From IMG/VR virus record IMGVR_UViG_3300042332_001215, positions 22,307 to 86,306 of that record: a stretch of 64,000 nucleotides of DNA; one strand, written 5' to 3'. Below are positions 22,501 to 30,947 of the stretch, piece after piece. The position numbers and the translations under genes are program-made. Position 1 is the first letter of the stretch; every line of letters starts with the position of its first letter. The DNA is from a virus. The notes beneath the pieces are model-generated. The model was not told where the DNA came from, did no database searches, and saw nothing but the letters and a program-made list of their open reading frames with translations.

Positions 22501-25500
22501 CTTAGAGTTTGCAATAGCAAAGGTATCACTAATGAATACGCTTTGGATGTTAGCTCTATCAGTAACACTAAGCTTAGAAGTTGTGAAGAAATTAGATAGA
22601 CCCTTGAGGAATGCTTGAGCAGCAGAATTCTTCTTCTCTGATGCAGTTACATTGACAACAGCGTTAGAAATTCTATTTTCAATATTATGAAGAATTTCAT
22701 CAGTAGTTCCATTTGAATTTGTATCGGAATATGAAATAATTTCTAGGAAGTTAGATTCGGAGGACTTACGAACCTTAGGTACATTTAGAGTAAATGTTGA
22801 CTGACCACCTGCCTGTACAACTTGATTTCCTACATACTGGTCTCCGTTGGAGTTAGTACCAGTAGATGCAACGAAACCACCTCCATTCTCATAGCTTTGC
22901 AGAATGAACTGCTCATATCCTTTGAGTACTCTGGTTTGTAGATTTGGGAAGCCAGTTGAATAGTTACCAGAACCTAGACCGATGTATTCCCAGGTATGTG
23001 AAGATGCACGAAGAATAGATGGTCTGTATAGAGGTAGTTTCGGACACTTATCAAGTAGAGATTCTAAAGTTCTTCCAGCAATTGTATTTGCTCCAAATGA
23101 TTCTGCTTGAGGAGAAATTACAGGAATTCTTCTGGAATTAGTTCCATCATTAATACCAAATTGGTTGTTGGCAAATACTTCTTCTAGGCTTGGAGCAGGA
23201 GCACCTTCTCTTGGGCCATATACATATTTTCCATTACCATATACTGGAAGACCTTCCCATGAAGTATAGCCTCTATCATCCCAATAAGTTGTTGGGGCAA
23301 CATTAACTCTGCCAGCAGAATTGAGTTTTGTTGATACATTTTTATCAATACGAACATATCTTAGATCCAATGCTTCCACTAGTCTATGTACTGCTTCTGC
23401 AGTTACAGACAGCATTGATGGAACATCTGCAAATGGTTTTCTATGGACATAGCCCATTTGACCATTAGTTCCTAGTTCTAGGAAATAAACTGTAACTGGA
23501 GTTTCTGGATCGAATGCAGTATTAAAATCTGCAGCATTTGATCCAGTAGCTAGAGTAATGGTATTACCACTTACACTTTGAACTCTTGCAGTGTCTGTAA
23601 TTCCTGCATCTGCAGAAATATATTGTCCTGCTACAATATTAGATGGATCTGATACAACTAATTTATAAGTAGATCCATCTACAATCTTATTGGTTACAGT
23701 TTTTGCAATAAATGTTGATGGATTTGTTACATTGATCTTAAATTGTGTTCTACCACTTACAGTAGTTAAATTATAAATCCCATGAATATTATTGATTATA
23801 TCTCCACTATTTCCAGAAATTTGAATGGAAGAACCATCTTGTATGTTTGCAGTTACATCAGAATCTAATACTACAGTTACATCTATTCTTTCTGAAGTTG
23901 CACTACCTGCAGCGAATGTGCCAGATTCAAATTCGTCTTCATAGATTGTAAATGTAGTAGGAGATGGTACAGTAGAAATATCTCTATACCCATCAATATT
24001 TGAATTAGTTCCTCTTACATAAACTACTGAATCAGTAGTGTAACCATGGGACTGAGATGTAGTTACTGTTACTAGTTGAGTTTGAGTAGAATGTGAAATT
24101 GATTGAATTGTAATTTTTTTGTGAGTTGGATTAGCTGGAGTAATAGAGAAGATATTTGAAATCTTGGATACAAACTCTGCCTTGTTTGGAACAGATAAAT
24201 CCTTCGGTCTGAATCCATTTGCAATTTTCTCTACAAGAACTCTGGAATCCATTTGTGGTGGGTTCCAGATCTGTCTTACTCTATGACTTAAACCTTCCTC
24301 GTCAGTTGATGGATATAGGTAGTTAATGTTTGATGAAGATCTGAAGTTAATATTGTTATTATTAAATTCACTGATACTATCATACTTAGCATAGCTACCT
24401 CTTTGAATATTGATAGCTTTATTAAGATATGATCCCTCATACCAGTCCACAAACTTGTCAACATCAGCTCGGATAACAGTTAGGTAGTAAACACCATTCT
24501 TAGATCCTTTCTCCCAAGCCTGAACTTCTTCTACATCAAGAACACTAAATCTGTAATTAGTAAATGGAACTCCATCTAGACCATTAGATGGTCTAGTTCC
24601 TTTGATAATAAATCTCTTTTCAGGTGGCTTTGGAGTGACTGGACAATTCTTGTCAATTGTATACTCAACTCTCCAGATTAAATCACTTGGAGTAGAACCT
24701 CTAGAGTCTACATACTTTCTAGTTACAATTGGAGCTGGGAATGAAGTTGAATACTCAAGAACCTGAGTAGTTGCTGGGCCACTTACTACAGTAAGAGTTC
24801 CATCTGGTTCTGTTTGAGTGGTGGTTTTGAAGATATTCTTGGTAGTTGTTTTAAATAGGAAATTGAAAATGAAGTTTTTGGTATTTCCAAAAGAGTTATC
24901 TAGAATTAGATAGATTCCTCCATCATCAAAGAAATATCCTTGTCTCTCAGCGTTTGCAGTTCCTGTTTCTCCATTAGAGAGTTTTACAGTTGCACTATAA
25001 GTTGTTTGTCCACCAGATTCGTTATCTACAACTATTTGGATTGTGCAATTGTCTTTCTTGGTGGTGCCAGTTACAGAGTAATAATCCCTGAATAGTGCAA
25101 GATTTCCATTATTGTATAGGAAATATCTCTTAGTCTGTTGAGTTCCATTTAGATTATCTTTAGCAGAAATTTCTAGTTCTGGAATATCATCTTCAGAATT
25201 AATACTAGCAATATCTAGGTATAGTTTGAATTCAGTTTGCTGGTTGTTTACAAAATTATTTCTTGCTTCTGCAGAAAATTCAATATAGTTTAGTGATGGA
25301 TCAATTGGATATCCATTCTTTTGCCAAGTAGTTCTAGCATCAATGCCAGAAATTTCAAATGTTTGTAGAGAATTATCAATACCTCTTGGTGGAACAAGTG
25401 CGGTAATTCTACCTTGATTTGCTGGTTCAAATGATTCAAACTGATGGCCAACTGCTCTGAGTGAAATTTGACCGAAGTTTGAGTTTGAGTTGGTGATAGA

Positions 25501-27498
25501 CATGTCTCCACCAGACTCGGCAAGGAATTGGTCAGCATAACCAACTGCGAAAACAGAAACTACCTGAATGAATGCAGAATCAGTTGCTTTGATATGGAAG
25601 TGTCTGCACCCTTGCTTGTATTCTGCATCTGGGTCTGCATAAATTGGAAGCTGAGTTTTCTCTTCGCCAGTAGTTGGGTTTGTTGTTTGAGTAGCAACTC
25701 CATCTGCAGCTTTTGGTTGCCAGAAGCAATTGGAATCTCTTTGCAGAGAGATACCAGTAAACTGTGCAACAACCATGGACTTGAAGGACTTGGGCTGAAC
25801 CTTACTTCCATCAGCCCACATACCATTAAGACCAAGAACTGAACGAAGTGAACAGTTAAAGATGTATGGTGATGCAGAGTTTACCGTATCAATCTGAGTT
25901 CTTAATGTAGAATTACCTACAATTTCATATTCTTCTCTTCTAACCTGTCTTGGATCACCGTATGCAGTATCCCAAGCATCAATCTTGCTGTAATATGTCT
26001 CTAGTTCTCCTTCTTCAGTTCTCTGGTCTGCATATGTAAATGCAATTACTCTATGGTGAGAATAGTTTACTTGACCTTTATCATTATATTCGGACTGAGA
26101 TAGGACAGAGTGTGTTGGAACTCCGTTACTGAAGCTTGTATTCTTGAAAATTCCAGAATATGAACCTAGGGATCCTGCAGTTGCTTTAGCATCCTTAAAG
26201 GTCATCTGCCAGAAATAGCAACCACCAGTTACCTTAAAGATAGCAGTTGGCTCATATACTCCAAGAGTCTTCTTAATAAGAGAAGAATAATTTGAAGGAT
26301 TGTTGATAATTGTTGTAATAACTGCAGTTAGCTGATTTACTGCAGATGCGGCATCTGCACAATCTCCTACAGTGAAATCTACACCAGATGTAAAAGTAGT
26401 TCTGGAAATAGTGCCAGATCTTTGAGTAAATGTAAATCCTACTGGTTGAGTTGAAGGCCAATTGTAGAGTGCATTGATTGCAATGTTTCTTGCATATTCA
26501 AATGCTGCTACAGTTAGAGGCTTTTCATTTCCTGGTAAATTGATATTAGCAGTTCCATCAGTGTAGAACTGACCTGCATTATATGAATTAGCATTGCCGC
26601 CATTTCTAAGGTCAGCAATGATAGCATCTACAATATATCCGAGATCTCTAACACAAAGATCTTTCTTTTCTTGAGTTAGAGTTGCATAAATTGCACTTAC
26701 AGTAGAACCTGCTAGTGCAGCAGTAGATTGTTCTAGATATAGTCTGGTTTGCTCTTGAATATAACCACGATTCTTTTCAATCATGTTTGCAGAATCAAAC
26801 ATGATTTGAGTTAGTTTATAAGTTCCATCATTAATAATGGAACCATCATCTGAAGTTGTATTGGTTAGATTATAAACTGGCTTGGGTACATACTTTGGAC
26901 GAACTACGGTTTTTCTTAAATCGTAACCGATTACAGAAGTACCTCTAGGAATGATTACACCACCATTTCTTGGGTTAAATCTCCAAAGATTTGACTCAAA
27001 ATTATCACTACCAATTGGGTTGGTTAGTACATCATATCCTGGTCTGTTATCAATGGTGTAATCACCCGGCATTACTAGAACAGTAAATGCCTCAAACTTA
27101 TCGTTTGTATCACCAGAGACATAGCTTCTTCTTGCTGCTTCTAATAGAGCCCTCTCAATGGTCTTAAATGGTCTGTTTAGATTAGTACCATCGTTATCAG
27201 CAGCATCGGATGAGTTTGCATCTGACTGGTTTACATATAACGCAACATTTACTGCACCTGCTGCAGTAGAGTTAGTTACTGGAAGAAATGTTCCTGAGGA
27301 AAGACTTAGCTTTCCAGCTCCATCAATAGAAAGTCTTTTCTGACCTCCTGTAGCGATAGAAATTTCTCCACCTGAGCTAAGAATACCTGAATTGCTATCG
27401 TCAAAACCAATAGCAGGAGTTGCTGGATTATTATTACTATCAAACTTAATTACAACACCTTCCGCAATGCCACCAGATGTAATTCTAGTTAGAGCCAT
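13585..27498 (-). CDS. Giant virion structural protein (4637 aa), cyanophage fibre/baseplate-associated type
   Basis: Uninterrupted 13.9-kb ORF; N-terminal LYVN...NDGTNLNRPFKTIERALLEAARRSY and GDMSITNSNSNFG motifs typical of giant cyanomyovirus virion proteins; repeated HG(Y/L)xTGDxV beta modules; T4 late promoter upstream. Confidence 0.75.
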   Translation of the reverse strand: MALTRITSGGIAEGVVIKFDSNNNPATPAIGFDDSNSGILSSGGEISIATGGQKRLSIDGAGKLSLSSGTFLPVTNSTAAGAVNVALYVNQSDANSSDAADNDGTNLNRPFKTIERALLEAARRSYVSGDTNDKFEAFTVLVMPGDYTIDNRPGYDVLTNPIGSDNFESNLWRFNPRNGGVIIPRGTSVIGYDLRKTVVRPKYVPKPVYNLTNTTSDDGSIINDGTYKLTQIMFDSANMIEKNRGYIQEQTRLYLEQSTAALAGSTVSAIYATLTQEKKDLCVRDLGYIVDAIIADLRNGGNANSYNAGQFYTDGTANINLPGNEKPLTVAAFEYARNIAINALYNWPSTQPVGFTFTQRSGTISRTTFTSGVDFTVGDCADAASAVNQLTAVITTIINNPSNYSSLIKKTLGVYEPTAIFKVTGGCYFWQMTFKDAKATAGSLGSYSGIFKNTSFSNGVPTHSVLSQSEYNDKGQVNYSHHRVIAFTYADQRTEEGELETYYSKIDAWDTAYGDPRQVRREEYEIVGNSTLRTQIDTVNSASPYIFNCSLRSVLGLNGMWADGSKVQPKSFKSMVVAQFTGISLQRDSNCFWQPKAADGVATQTTNPTTGEEKTQLPIYADPDAEYKQGCRHFHIKATDSAFIQVVSVFAVGYADQFLAESGGDMSITNSNSNFGQISLRAVGHQFESFEPANQGRITALVPPRGIDNSLQTFEISGIDARTTWQKNGYPIDPSLNYIEFSAEARNNFVNNQQTEFKLYLDIASINSEDDIPELEISAKDNLNGTQQTKRYFLYNNGNLALFRDYYSVTGTTKKDNCTIQIVVDNESGGQTTYSATVKLSNGETGTANAERQGYFFDDGGIYLILDNSFGNTKNFIFNFLFKTTTKNIFKTTTQTEPDGTLTVVSGPATTQVLEYSTSFPAPIVTRKYVDSRGSTPSDLIWRVEYTIDKNCPVTPKPPEKRFIIKGTRPSNGLDGVPFTNYRFSVLDVEEVQAWEKGSKNGVYYLTVIRADVDKFVDWYEGSYLNKAINIQRGSYAKYDSISEFNNNNINFRSSSNINYLYPSTDEEGLSHRVRQIWNPPQMDSRVLVEKIANGFRPKDLSVPNKAEFVSKISNIFSITPANPTHKKITIQSISHSTQTQLVTVTTSQSHGYTTDSVVYVRGTNSNIDGYRDISTVPSPTTFTIYEDEFESGTFAAGSATSERIDVTVVLDSDVTANIQDGSSIQISGNSGDIINNIHGIYNLTTVSGRTQFKINVTNPSTFIAKTVTNKIVDGSTYKLVVSDPSNIVAGQYISADAGITDTARVQSVSGNTITLATGSNAADFNTAFDPETPVTVYFLELGTNGQMGYVHRKPFADVPSMLSVTAEAVHRLVEALDLRYVRIDKNVSTKLNSAGRVNVAPTTYWDDRGYTSWEGLPVYGNGKYVYGPREGAPAPSLEEVFANNQFGINDGTNSRRIPVISPQAESFGANTIAGRTLESLLDKCPKLPLYRPSILRASSHTWEYIGLGSGNYSTGFPNLQTRVLKGYEQFILQSYENGGGFVASTGTNSNGDQYVGNQVVQAGGQSTFTLNVPKVRKSSESNFLEIISYSDTNSNGTTDEILHNIENRISNAVVNVTASEKKNSAAQAFLKGLSNFFTTSKLSVTDRANIQSVFISDTFAIANSKIANGEKFPEGSPDGFGFTKGAKPEKTGFISTDTNDRLYVSPKFLDAWRLKRQLVSASNINLDNNRIYVSSLNRTALSTPDSGSTSSVGLTTSTSQIKVVDTVGIPSNGKIDIEMTMKAVSQDAYYVLNGARQYLNPSISITLEYDTIDYTNNTVTFKSNQNKLGSNTLSTYISNILPTGTHKAVVANWSSPFDYDPNRNGVVESNEGIVSDGVLFDSKFLKGTINNTFNISSTINETTPQIIPVNTASDFYNKLPDRGAVVLRYKVNTTVYYSTFVYYKNNGINAIRKVTGFSSDQQLSSSTYPNGTTIFFAGCSTSVTYADRWAAEGPFIPSTDQITEDVDLESATLFTPYEKPIPFVSTVNDEYINNNVPNPITSKALGINLQTRQAIKKFAPLTSFGQISQYCNKIGFTSSDEVELLFKPGYYKLNESDGSRHKFTPVIKINGSGIERTNEAYGKETANTSAGKIGGYSNDLTKRADSVNFYKTIHYTPQYVQRTDRLYITTDGYPQFNGGVKISNVNFLGLNEAITVNEILDSSYSSDPFIQRARRDVRKAWYVKKQTNFPTDGRLSFTANGTVAAGKAGISFKIRNDEVLTVAGVTNTATSSNARFIEFTFTSSNFTDATGTPSNLIKFGWLKEYVIPGTTLYFGADDQETKVLSRIYNKNESTGVETLTYTCALYTSDNDFKQNKAEDLVLPSNYSNSTDYTIKFANVDGDEFVTLVFNLGIYYRTQFMPSSYTLNGGGDKYGYDEQDFDTPEIFGVVAGYRRGTVNLVIDSNPTQPLDVGINQFTIILNQQKTSGTNTIRIANTDTNINNIRVGQKLSGSGIGFEALISDITTDGTNTTITIKNAKGTNINHTELIPSGTSITVTPKAEYPFATWYGRQSAAQFQYSSTQNEETAVSLPYFPNGFKSLFGKATTRFYLIEFVPEDIGNFDDNYNMGINSVILNYGLLTSGFDAETNFATDEAFIVAAKKNLNLLANADNPYRATTQSTDTINTTPAGLVNAVKVRGKKLTINWPHSYKSMRRKIATAHSPSIGNISTPFFEVDAVPGSNVPLWIQDTTIGAISPFNRQNNTYGGGYFGGLIKARGSSIRFIGNRIRGNISTNWSSLVFVGGDAYNTVTRILPSARRLNENQRFTYGHSVDFLQHEEGNYFERLPEEAPAKQLNVGKNDELFKYVSEYNPSGLNYLEPNYTADNKKVDYDYRVLPIKTIQRIPRLLDNGSLNSSVELKETELTANNIEYSSTTTGKSGWNLRYNDTQFAIAAGGSAGSAALPKKSLQFNYTDDSVVAQIFPNFTSIVKSDNKTTVYATVTKVTKTTSGATKIATIEYEGNLNFNGYTSTKPENVTDLSTVFAELSIKFSTQFIDSERYTYTGGATSRYQKAVANSASSYLILSADGNTNTIAQHSDVVVSKVGNGVANVSYGTERELVNSRTGTTNARIRFSTDSQGNITRMALISLGSGHQENDTLTLSGSGAIGTAVNGYSFKVNRTTSDDLSIFEAGEYLAVAPRNCFILNNINAGTISGIKSELQRAKMTYKPGSFIKYAGGSQIFYKVATSSTNQPYIGIYRYLNPNNKADIRTAIVVILEETTASPAYVSNQRFDLYDKENILDYWPTTGRITIGNLETCDYTLTSANDTYTLTLLRSNTKYYPSYVHDWEGLDITDSSDANVTVGDLQKTEIRLADPVDISANTFKRILPSLANSTSGLYNTTLVGGSYMDPYGNYTNKISVVEVPSGDVNSDFEKFDIGQIVTIPYRDLIFRDGYGDARYYGGYGPYSNITFEVTSAATAGSQEIVGKITSSATSPMNMNMEIVSGKVNVADNNFVLANHPYHTSDMVRITSTGTIPAGLTAGTDYYIIKNDYWSFRLATSLENAENGIAIDITSQGTGTHTINLQRVRIFWNLAWQPHMVASETAADTTVFNAINPLSTFRSKQGVDYITVGSTGISGITLYFDQALIGNIASGTKFKMVPGFTQERFHMAGIFKSRIIDVEKDSVNSKIKLYLAEELPFELTASADNTARHFGFLNINNGGWSFPRQNYSAYRTNNIKLGDGKYEIKLPNRSSRIKKGDILSYSYESGSSNLPTQNYIARAGEPFIYISDTSGLSVGDALSNYTLLTIPSGLSNATSIAIAGHGLQTGDEIFYVAGRDASNNLQQVTGLTHKTAYFVRSLSTGEFELYTNQTSAYDRTTANRVTVTNATFTNQRLVRNSISTASLVLDATDTAVYNSTSKRFTINGHGLTDKEAVTYRRLQQKTGVTDANDGKIYYAWVVPTNPNQFYLRSSLDNWPTSTATWDAGTGAADIIPSNVPDYMMLEVKTIIRSIDGSTLQLGRFNENNLSGSGQIEPTALRNDLGRRSPISISGNPDLKQVKSSIVSVSSADSDGYVTITLDTPNNILYTAHPTKQDFFSVSDVIVSHLSDRVKFGGPTLNTFLYSRNGGKLSFRDFSINNTWFGNYFGIAKGYGPYGRLGWTGNFGSKLDGSKTVGSASNGSLELSWNSQRNNSIWAVSSPVRPSWSLWQWDWARQVSNLQPILAEYHAVGYDITYNRWWNVPHLERDGWMFYNPVKHISRDSDSVYAFFNTSILRNRREWWGGPGFWRSGVGAYDIQNYRYPSPASTANEWWPTGGDRETATRIILGCDLQDFEIYNSGWPNWGKGNNTITSEQVRVKYVQHYRPCLVDNLLTTNTAYRHKDQLASGTPDTAITRMILSQSQFGSNSPVGFGDTTSQTAIGRKYIRVPNWFDVWQYMDVSCAIYDDQNRFIGHFADWFWGAPYGRKYDEALYIELMEVNTELPTNWTTAEFRVFHPAASILLSTVDSDEMQLDATTASGIRNGGKVFLSSTSGGSATTPYVLPPNQQNIVGNNGWSAQGTQSGGIPFNRHYNFAFRIDRRGYNNTTQLSTEGISKPIARNWFGYRIIKLRMGDLCNFEWSPMNLVVTKYNRKIHNEESVISNSNFSNLGVNTIYI

Positions 27499-27531
27499 AT
27501 ATTTACCTTGAGAGAGGCTAAAAACTAGATT

Positions 27532-27539
27532 TATTTATA
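27532..27539 (-). promoter_or_regulatory. T4-type late promoter (TATAAATA)
   Basis: Exact TATAAATA on the minus strand ~35 nt upstream of the giant gene. Confidence 0.75.
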
Positions 27540-27549
27540 AGATTTATTC

Positions 27550-27885
27550 CTATCTATCGAAGCAATTCATGTTATATTCTGTTGGTTTTAGGAAATTTAT
27601 GATGTGTAAAAGAGCTAAATCTGGCTTAGAATTTCCGCAGGTAAAAACATCTAATGCGGCGTTTCCATCCTCTGGCCAAGTATGAATAGAAATATGACTT
27701 TCTGATAATAGAGCTACAATAGTAACTCCTTGTGGAGTAAATTTATGAGAAGAAATATCTAAAAGAGTTGCTTCAGCAATATCAATAGCTTCTTTAATTA
27801 ATTCGATTAAAGTCTTTTCATTATCGAGAATAGAATGGTCGCATCCGTACAATTCTGCGACACAATGTTTTCCTAAATTTTTCAA
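27550..27885 (-). CDS. speD: S-adenosylmethionine decarboxylase proenzyme
   Basis: GKH..AELYGC, HKFTPQGVT, LLSESHISIHTWPE (pyruvoyl-forming ES|H), DVFTCG. Confidence 0.93.
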   Translation of the reverse strand: MKNLGKHCVAELYGCDHSILDNEKTLIELIKEAIDIAEATLLDISSHKFTPQGVTIVALLSESHISIHTWPEDGNAALDVFTCGNSKPDLALLHIINFLKPTEYNMNCFDR

Positions 27886-27938
27886 TTCTGTATTTGAAGA
27901 AACGATATTTTATTTATTTCTTATTTTTGCCTTGATAA

Positions 27939-28012
27939 TACCCGAGGTGGGATTTGAACCCACGACTGCTCGATTTTAAGTCGAGAACCTCATTCCGCTG
28001 GGTCACTCGGGC
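27939..28012 (-). tRNA. tRNA-Leu(TAA), short variable loop
   Basis: Cloverleaf GCCCGAG...CTCGA-CTTAAAA-TCGAG-CAGTC-GTGGG-TTCAAAT-CCCAC-CTCGGGT-A. Confidence 0.85.
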
Positions 28013-28054
28013 ATTTATGCGACAATCATAACACATGGTCAGAGGACTGTCAAG

Positions 28055-28127
28055 TGCTGGTTGAGGGGATCGAACCCACCTATCTTGTCTTATGAGGACA
28101 GTGCTTTCACCAGAGAGCTAAACCAGC
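28055..28127 (-). tRNA. tRNA-CAT (elongator Met or lysidine Ile2)
   Basis: GCTGGTT acceptor, anticodon loop CTCATAA, T-loop TTCGATC. Confidence 0.8.
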
Positions 28128-28224
28128 AGAAAACCCGAAAAACCTATAAAGGCAAAAATTTTGGAGAATTTTTTTTCGGGTATTTTGCAATCAGCTACGC
28201 ATTTTCCTTCACACGGACCATGGT

Positions 28225-28253
28225 ATCATAGCACACTGGCTTTGAGTTGTCAA
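28225..28253 (-). promoter_or_regulatory. Sigma70-type early promoter with extended -10 (one of a family of about 9)
   Basis: TTGACA-N17-TATGAT with TG extension; near-identical architecture at about 28025-28053, 28457-28485, 44125-44153, 51248-51276, 52775-52802, 56400-56428, 59375-59403, and (without TG) 58329-58357. Confidence 0.8.
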
Positions 28254-28435
28254 TACCTGTATTGAATTCTATCCTCGGTTAAAGTTTCGTTAATAAACTT
28301 ACACATATTAGTGAAGTCTTGTGAATCTGGTTCATGTACTTCAAGATATTCTCCATCATAACCATGTAGATGAATCGTTCTTGATAGGACATCAACCTCT
28401 ACTCGTTCTAGAGTTGAATCGCTTCGGATGTTCAT
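28250..28435 (-). CDS. Hypothetical protein
   Basis: 61-aa ORF directly downstream of a sigma70-type promoter (28457-28485). Confidence 0.6.
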   Translation of the reverse strand: MNIRSDSTLERVEVDVLSRTIHLHGYDGEYLEVHEPDSQDFTNMCKFINETLTEDRIQYRY

Positions 28436-28496
28436 TGGCAGGGGCTGTAATGCTCAATCATACCACAGGTCGTGTGGCTTGTCAAGCACCTCAGTA

Positions 28497-30944
28497 TTAT
28501 GTATCGAAGATCGCTGGTGCTTGTCTCATACATAAAGAACTACTCAAGTCTAACAATGGCCCTTCACTTATTCTTGATTCTGGAGCGGCAACGGTGCAGA
28601 AATTAGCTCCGCCGATAGCTTCAAGTTGAACTGCCAATCTATTTTTAGATGTTGCTCCTACAGTTGTATCATTATTAATTCCCAAACGAGTTGTACTATT
28701 TGTTCCCATAATCGTAGTATTATACAATCCACCTTTCCAAACATTTTCTGCAGTTGCTTGGAATTTATTTGATATTCCAGATCCAATATCTGTATTAGTT
28801 CCTGCACGAAGATTAATTTTATTTCCTCCAACCAAACAGAATTTATTCAGTCCAATGTATTTGTTTTCATATGATGTAAATAAGTTCCAAGATCCAGTGC
28901 AAAGATGATTCTGCTCGGTGCAATATGTACTAAATGAAGGTGAATGTAAATCTAGTTGTCCAGATGCACTGAGTCCTAATTTAGATGCTCCAAGAGCAAA
29001 TCCATTGGCAGCACTTAGTTTGGCATCGTTACTGTAAATAGTTTCATGTTCACCAGCATAAGTTACTTTACTTTCTCTGTTTGCAAATACATTATATTGT
29101 CCATCAACTTCTAAATGATAGTTGCCACCAACTTTTAGATGGTAATTGCCTTTAACATTTAAAAATGCATCTCCTTTAATATTAACTTCTTGTTTTCCAA
29201 AAGTAACTTCGGTTTTATTATTGCTGTTGGTAACACGAATATTTCCGGCATCATCTACCTGAAATCCAGTTCTACTTCCACCAGCCTCAATGACAAGTCT
29301 ATTATTGTATGGAGTATCATCCATGATAATAACATGTCCAGTTTCGCTAGCTTGAACAAACTGTTTTGAATATTCTGGATTCCATTTGCCTTGTATATTA
29401 TTAGTAACTCTGAAATTAAATGGGTTACAATTATTACCTGTTAGAGCACACTCATCCCAGTCAATTTGAATTGGAGATTCTGTAGTTCTATTACATCCTA
29501 CTCCGAGAAGGTTCAAAATAAATGAAACAATGTTTCCAACATTTGCTAACAGATTAGCATTCACATAACCATTTGAATCAAACAATTCACCCATCTCTCC
29601 TATGGATCCTACACCCTTTATCAAGTCAATAATTCCAGTAATTGCACTTGCAATTTCAGTTCCAACTGATACAATTTCAAATATGGATCCAAAGATATTA
29701 TTGATACACTGCTCTGCAAAATTAATATAATTTTCTGCCATACTGATTAGATCATTTGCAAGATTCTCAACAAAATCTGTTATGAATCCTTCAATACCGT
29801 TCATTAAAGCATCTACTAATGCTTCATCTAAAGTGCAAGAAATACTTTTTAGTATTTGAATGATTACTTCAGTTACTGTTTTGACGAAATATGGAATTGG
29901 ACTACTTGATGCTAAGCCAATTGCATTTAATATCTTGGTGACTTCTGCCATCAACCAAGACTTAACTTTATTAACTACATACCAAACTAAATTTTTAATT
30001 ATCTGAATGCACCTATCTACTGCAGATTTTAAATTTACTACCTTATTTGTAAACTTGCCGTAAATTTCAATAGGTGTATCAGTCTTTTTAATATAAGTTA
30101 CCTTAGCTTTGGCCGAATGATTAGCTGGTTTTGTTCCATTCATTCCCCTTTTTAGAAGAATGAGGCTGCTTTCATTCTTTCCATTATATCCTATCTGCTC
30201 ACTTCCAATTTTTATTACGCCAACTGGAGGAAATGAATCGACATTAGCTACAGGAATATAAGCTTGCTCTGACGATATATCATTAGTTAGTGTTGGATTT
30301 GTTGCATTTGGGTCATACACAACACCAGTTTTAAAAATATTTCCAAGCCCTTCAATGCATCTTTTTATGTCTTCAGCTAATGTTTTAGCAGGACCATCTT
30401 TACCATCTGCGATTGAAGTAGTTCCTAAATTTCCAGATGGATTTGATGCAGATGCAGGGAGAGAAGATGCAGCAACAGATTCAGATACTAATCCACCTGC
30501 ATCATTAGTTCTTTCTGAATCTTGAGGTTGTCCAGTTTCAGTCTTTTTAGGGGTGATTGCATTTACTGCACCTGGGGTTGTTGCCTGAGATTGAGTTTCT
30601 GGAATTACTACAGATTTAATTTGACTGTAGAAAGATCCCATCACAACTGGCTGTTGGCAGTCTGGATAGTCCAGAAAAAATCCCATGACAAAACTACCAG
30701 CTTTTAGCCCTCCATTTGCAGCATTTCCAACTCCACTGACTGCAGCGTTTGTAGTTGGTTGGAGAACTAAAGCCCAAGGTAAATTCTCTGGCTTTTCAAA
30801 TGGATCATGGAATCCAAGAATTTTAACACGAACTCTGCCTAACTTAGCATCTCTATCATCAGCATTTTCTACTGTGCCAAGCCACCAAGTAAAATCATTA
30901 TTACCAAGAAATGCAGAGTTCTGTAATGTAGGATTAATTGACAT
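28497..30944 (-). CDS. gp5: Baseplate hub/central spike gp5-like (no lysozyme domain)
   Basis: N-terminal OB fold WWLGTVEN...LGRVRVKILGFH...LPWA...GFFLD..DCQQPVVMG; SETGHVIIMDDTP motif; C-terminal beta-helix repeats (VKGNYHLKVGGNYHLEVDG). Confidence 0.88.
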   Translation of the reverse strand: MSINPTLQNSAFLGNNDFTWWLGTVENADDRDAKLGRVRVKILGFHDPFEKPENLPWALVLQPTTNAAVSGVGNAANGGLKAGSFVMGFFLDYPDCQQPVVMGSFYSQIKSVVIPETQSQATTPGAVNAITPKKTETGQPQDSERTNDAGGLVSESVAASSLPASASNPSGNLGTTSIADGKDGPAKTLAEDIKRCIEGLGNIFKTGVVYDPNATNPTLTNDISSEQAYIPVANVDSFPPVGVIKIGSEQIGYNGKNESSLILLKRGMNGTKPANHSAKAKVTYIKKTDTPIEIYGKFTNKVVNLKSAVDRCIQIIKNLVWYVVNKVKSWLMAEVTKILNAIGLASSSPIPYFVKTVTEVIIQILKSISCTLDEALVDALMNGIEGFITDFVENLANDLISMAENYINFAEQCINNIFGSIFEIVSVGTEIASAITGIIDLIKGVGSIGEMGELFDSNGYVNANLLANVGNIVSFILNLLGVGCNRTTESPIQIDWDECALTGNNCNPFNFRVTNNIQGKWNPEYSKQFVQASETGHVIIMDDTPYNNRLVIEAGGSRTGFQVDDAGNIRVTNSNNKTEVTFGKQEVNIKGDAFLNVKGNYHLKVGGNYHLEVDGQYNVFANRESKVTYAGEHETIYSNDAKLSAANGFALGASKLGLSASGQLDLHSPSFSTYCTEQNHLCTGSWNLFTSYENKYIGLNKFCLVGGNKINLRAGTNTDIGSGISNKFQATAENVWKGGLYNTTIMGTNSTTRLGINNDTTVGATSKNRLAVQLEAIGGANFCTVAAPESRISEGPLLDLSSSLCMRQAPAIFDT

Positions 30945-30947
30945 TTA

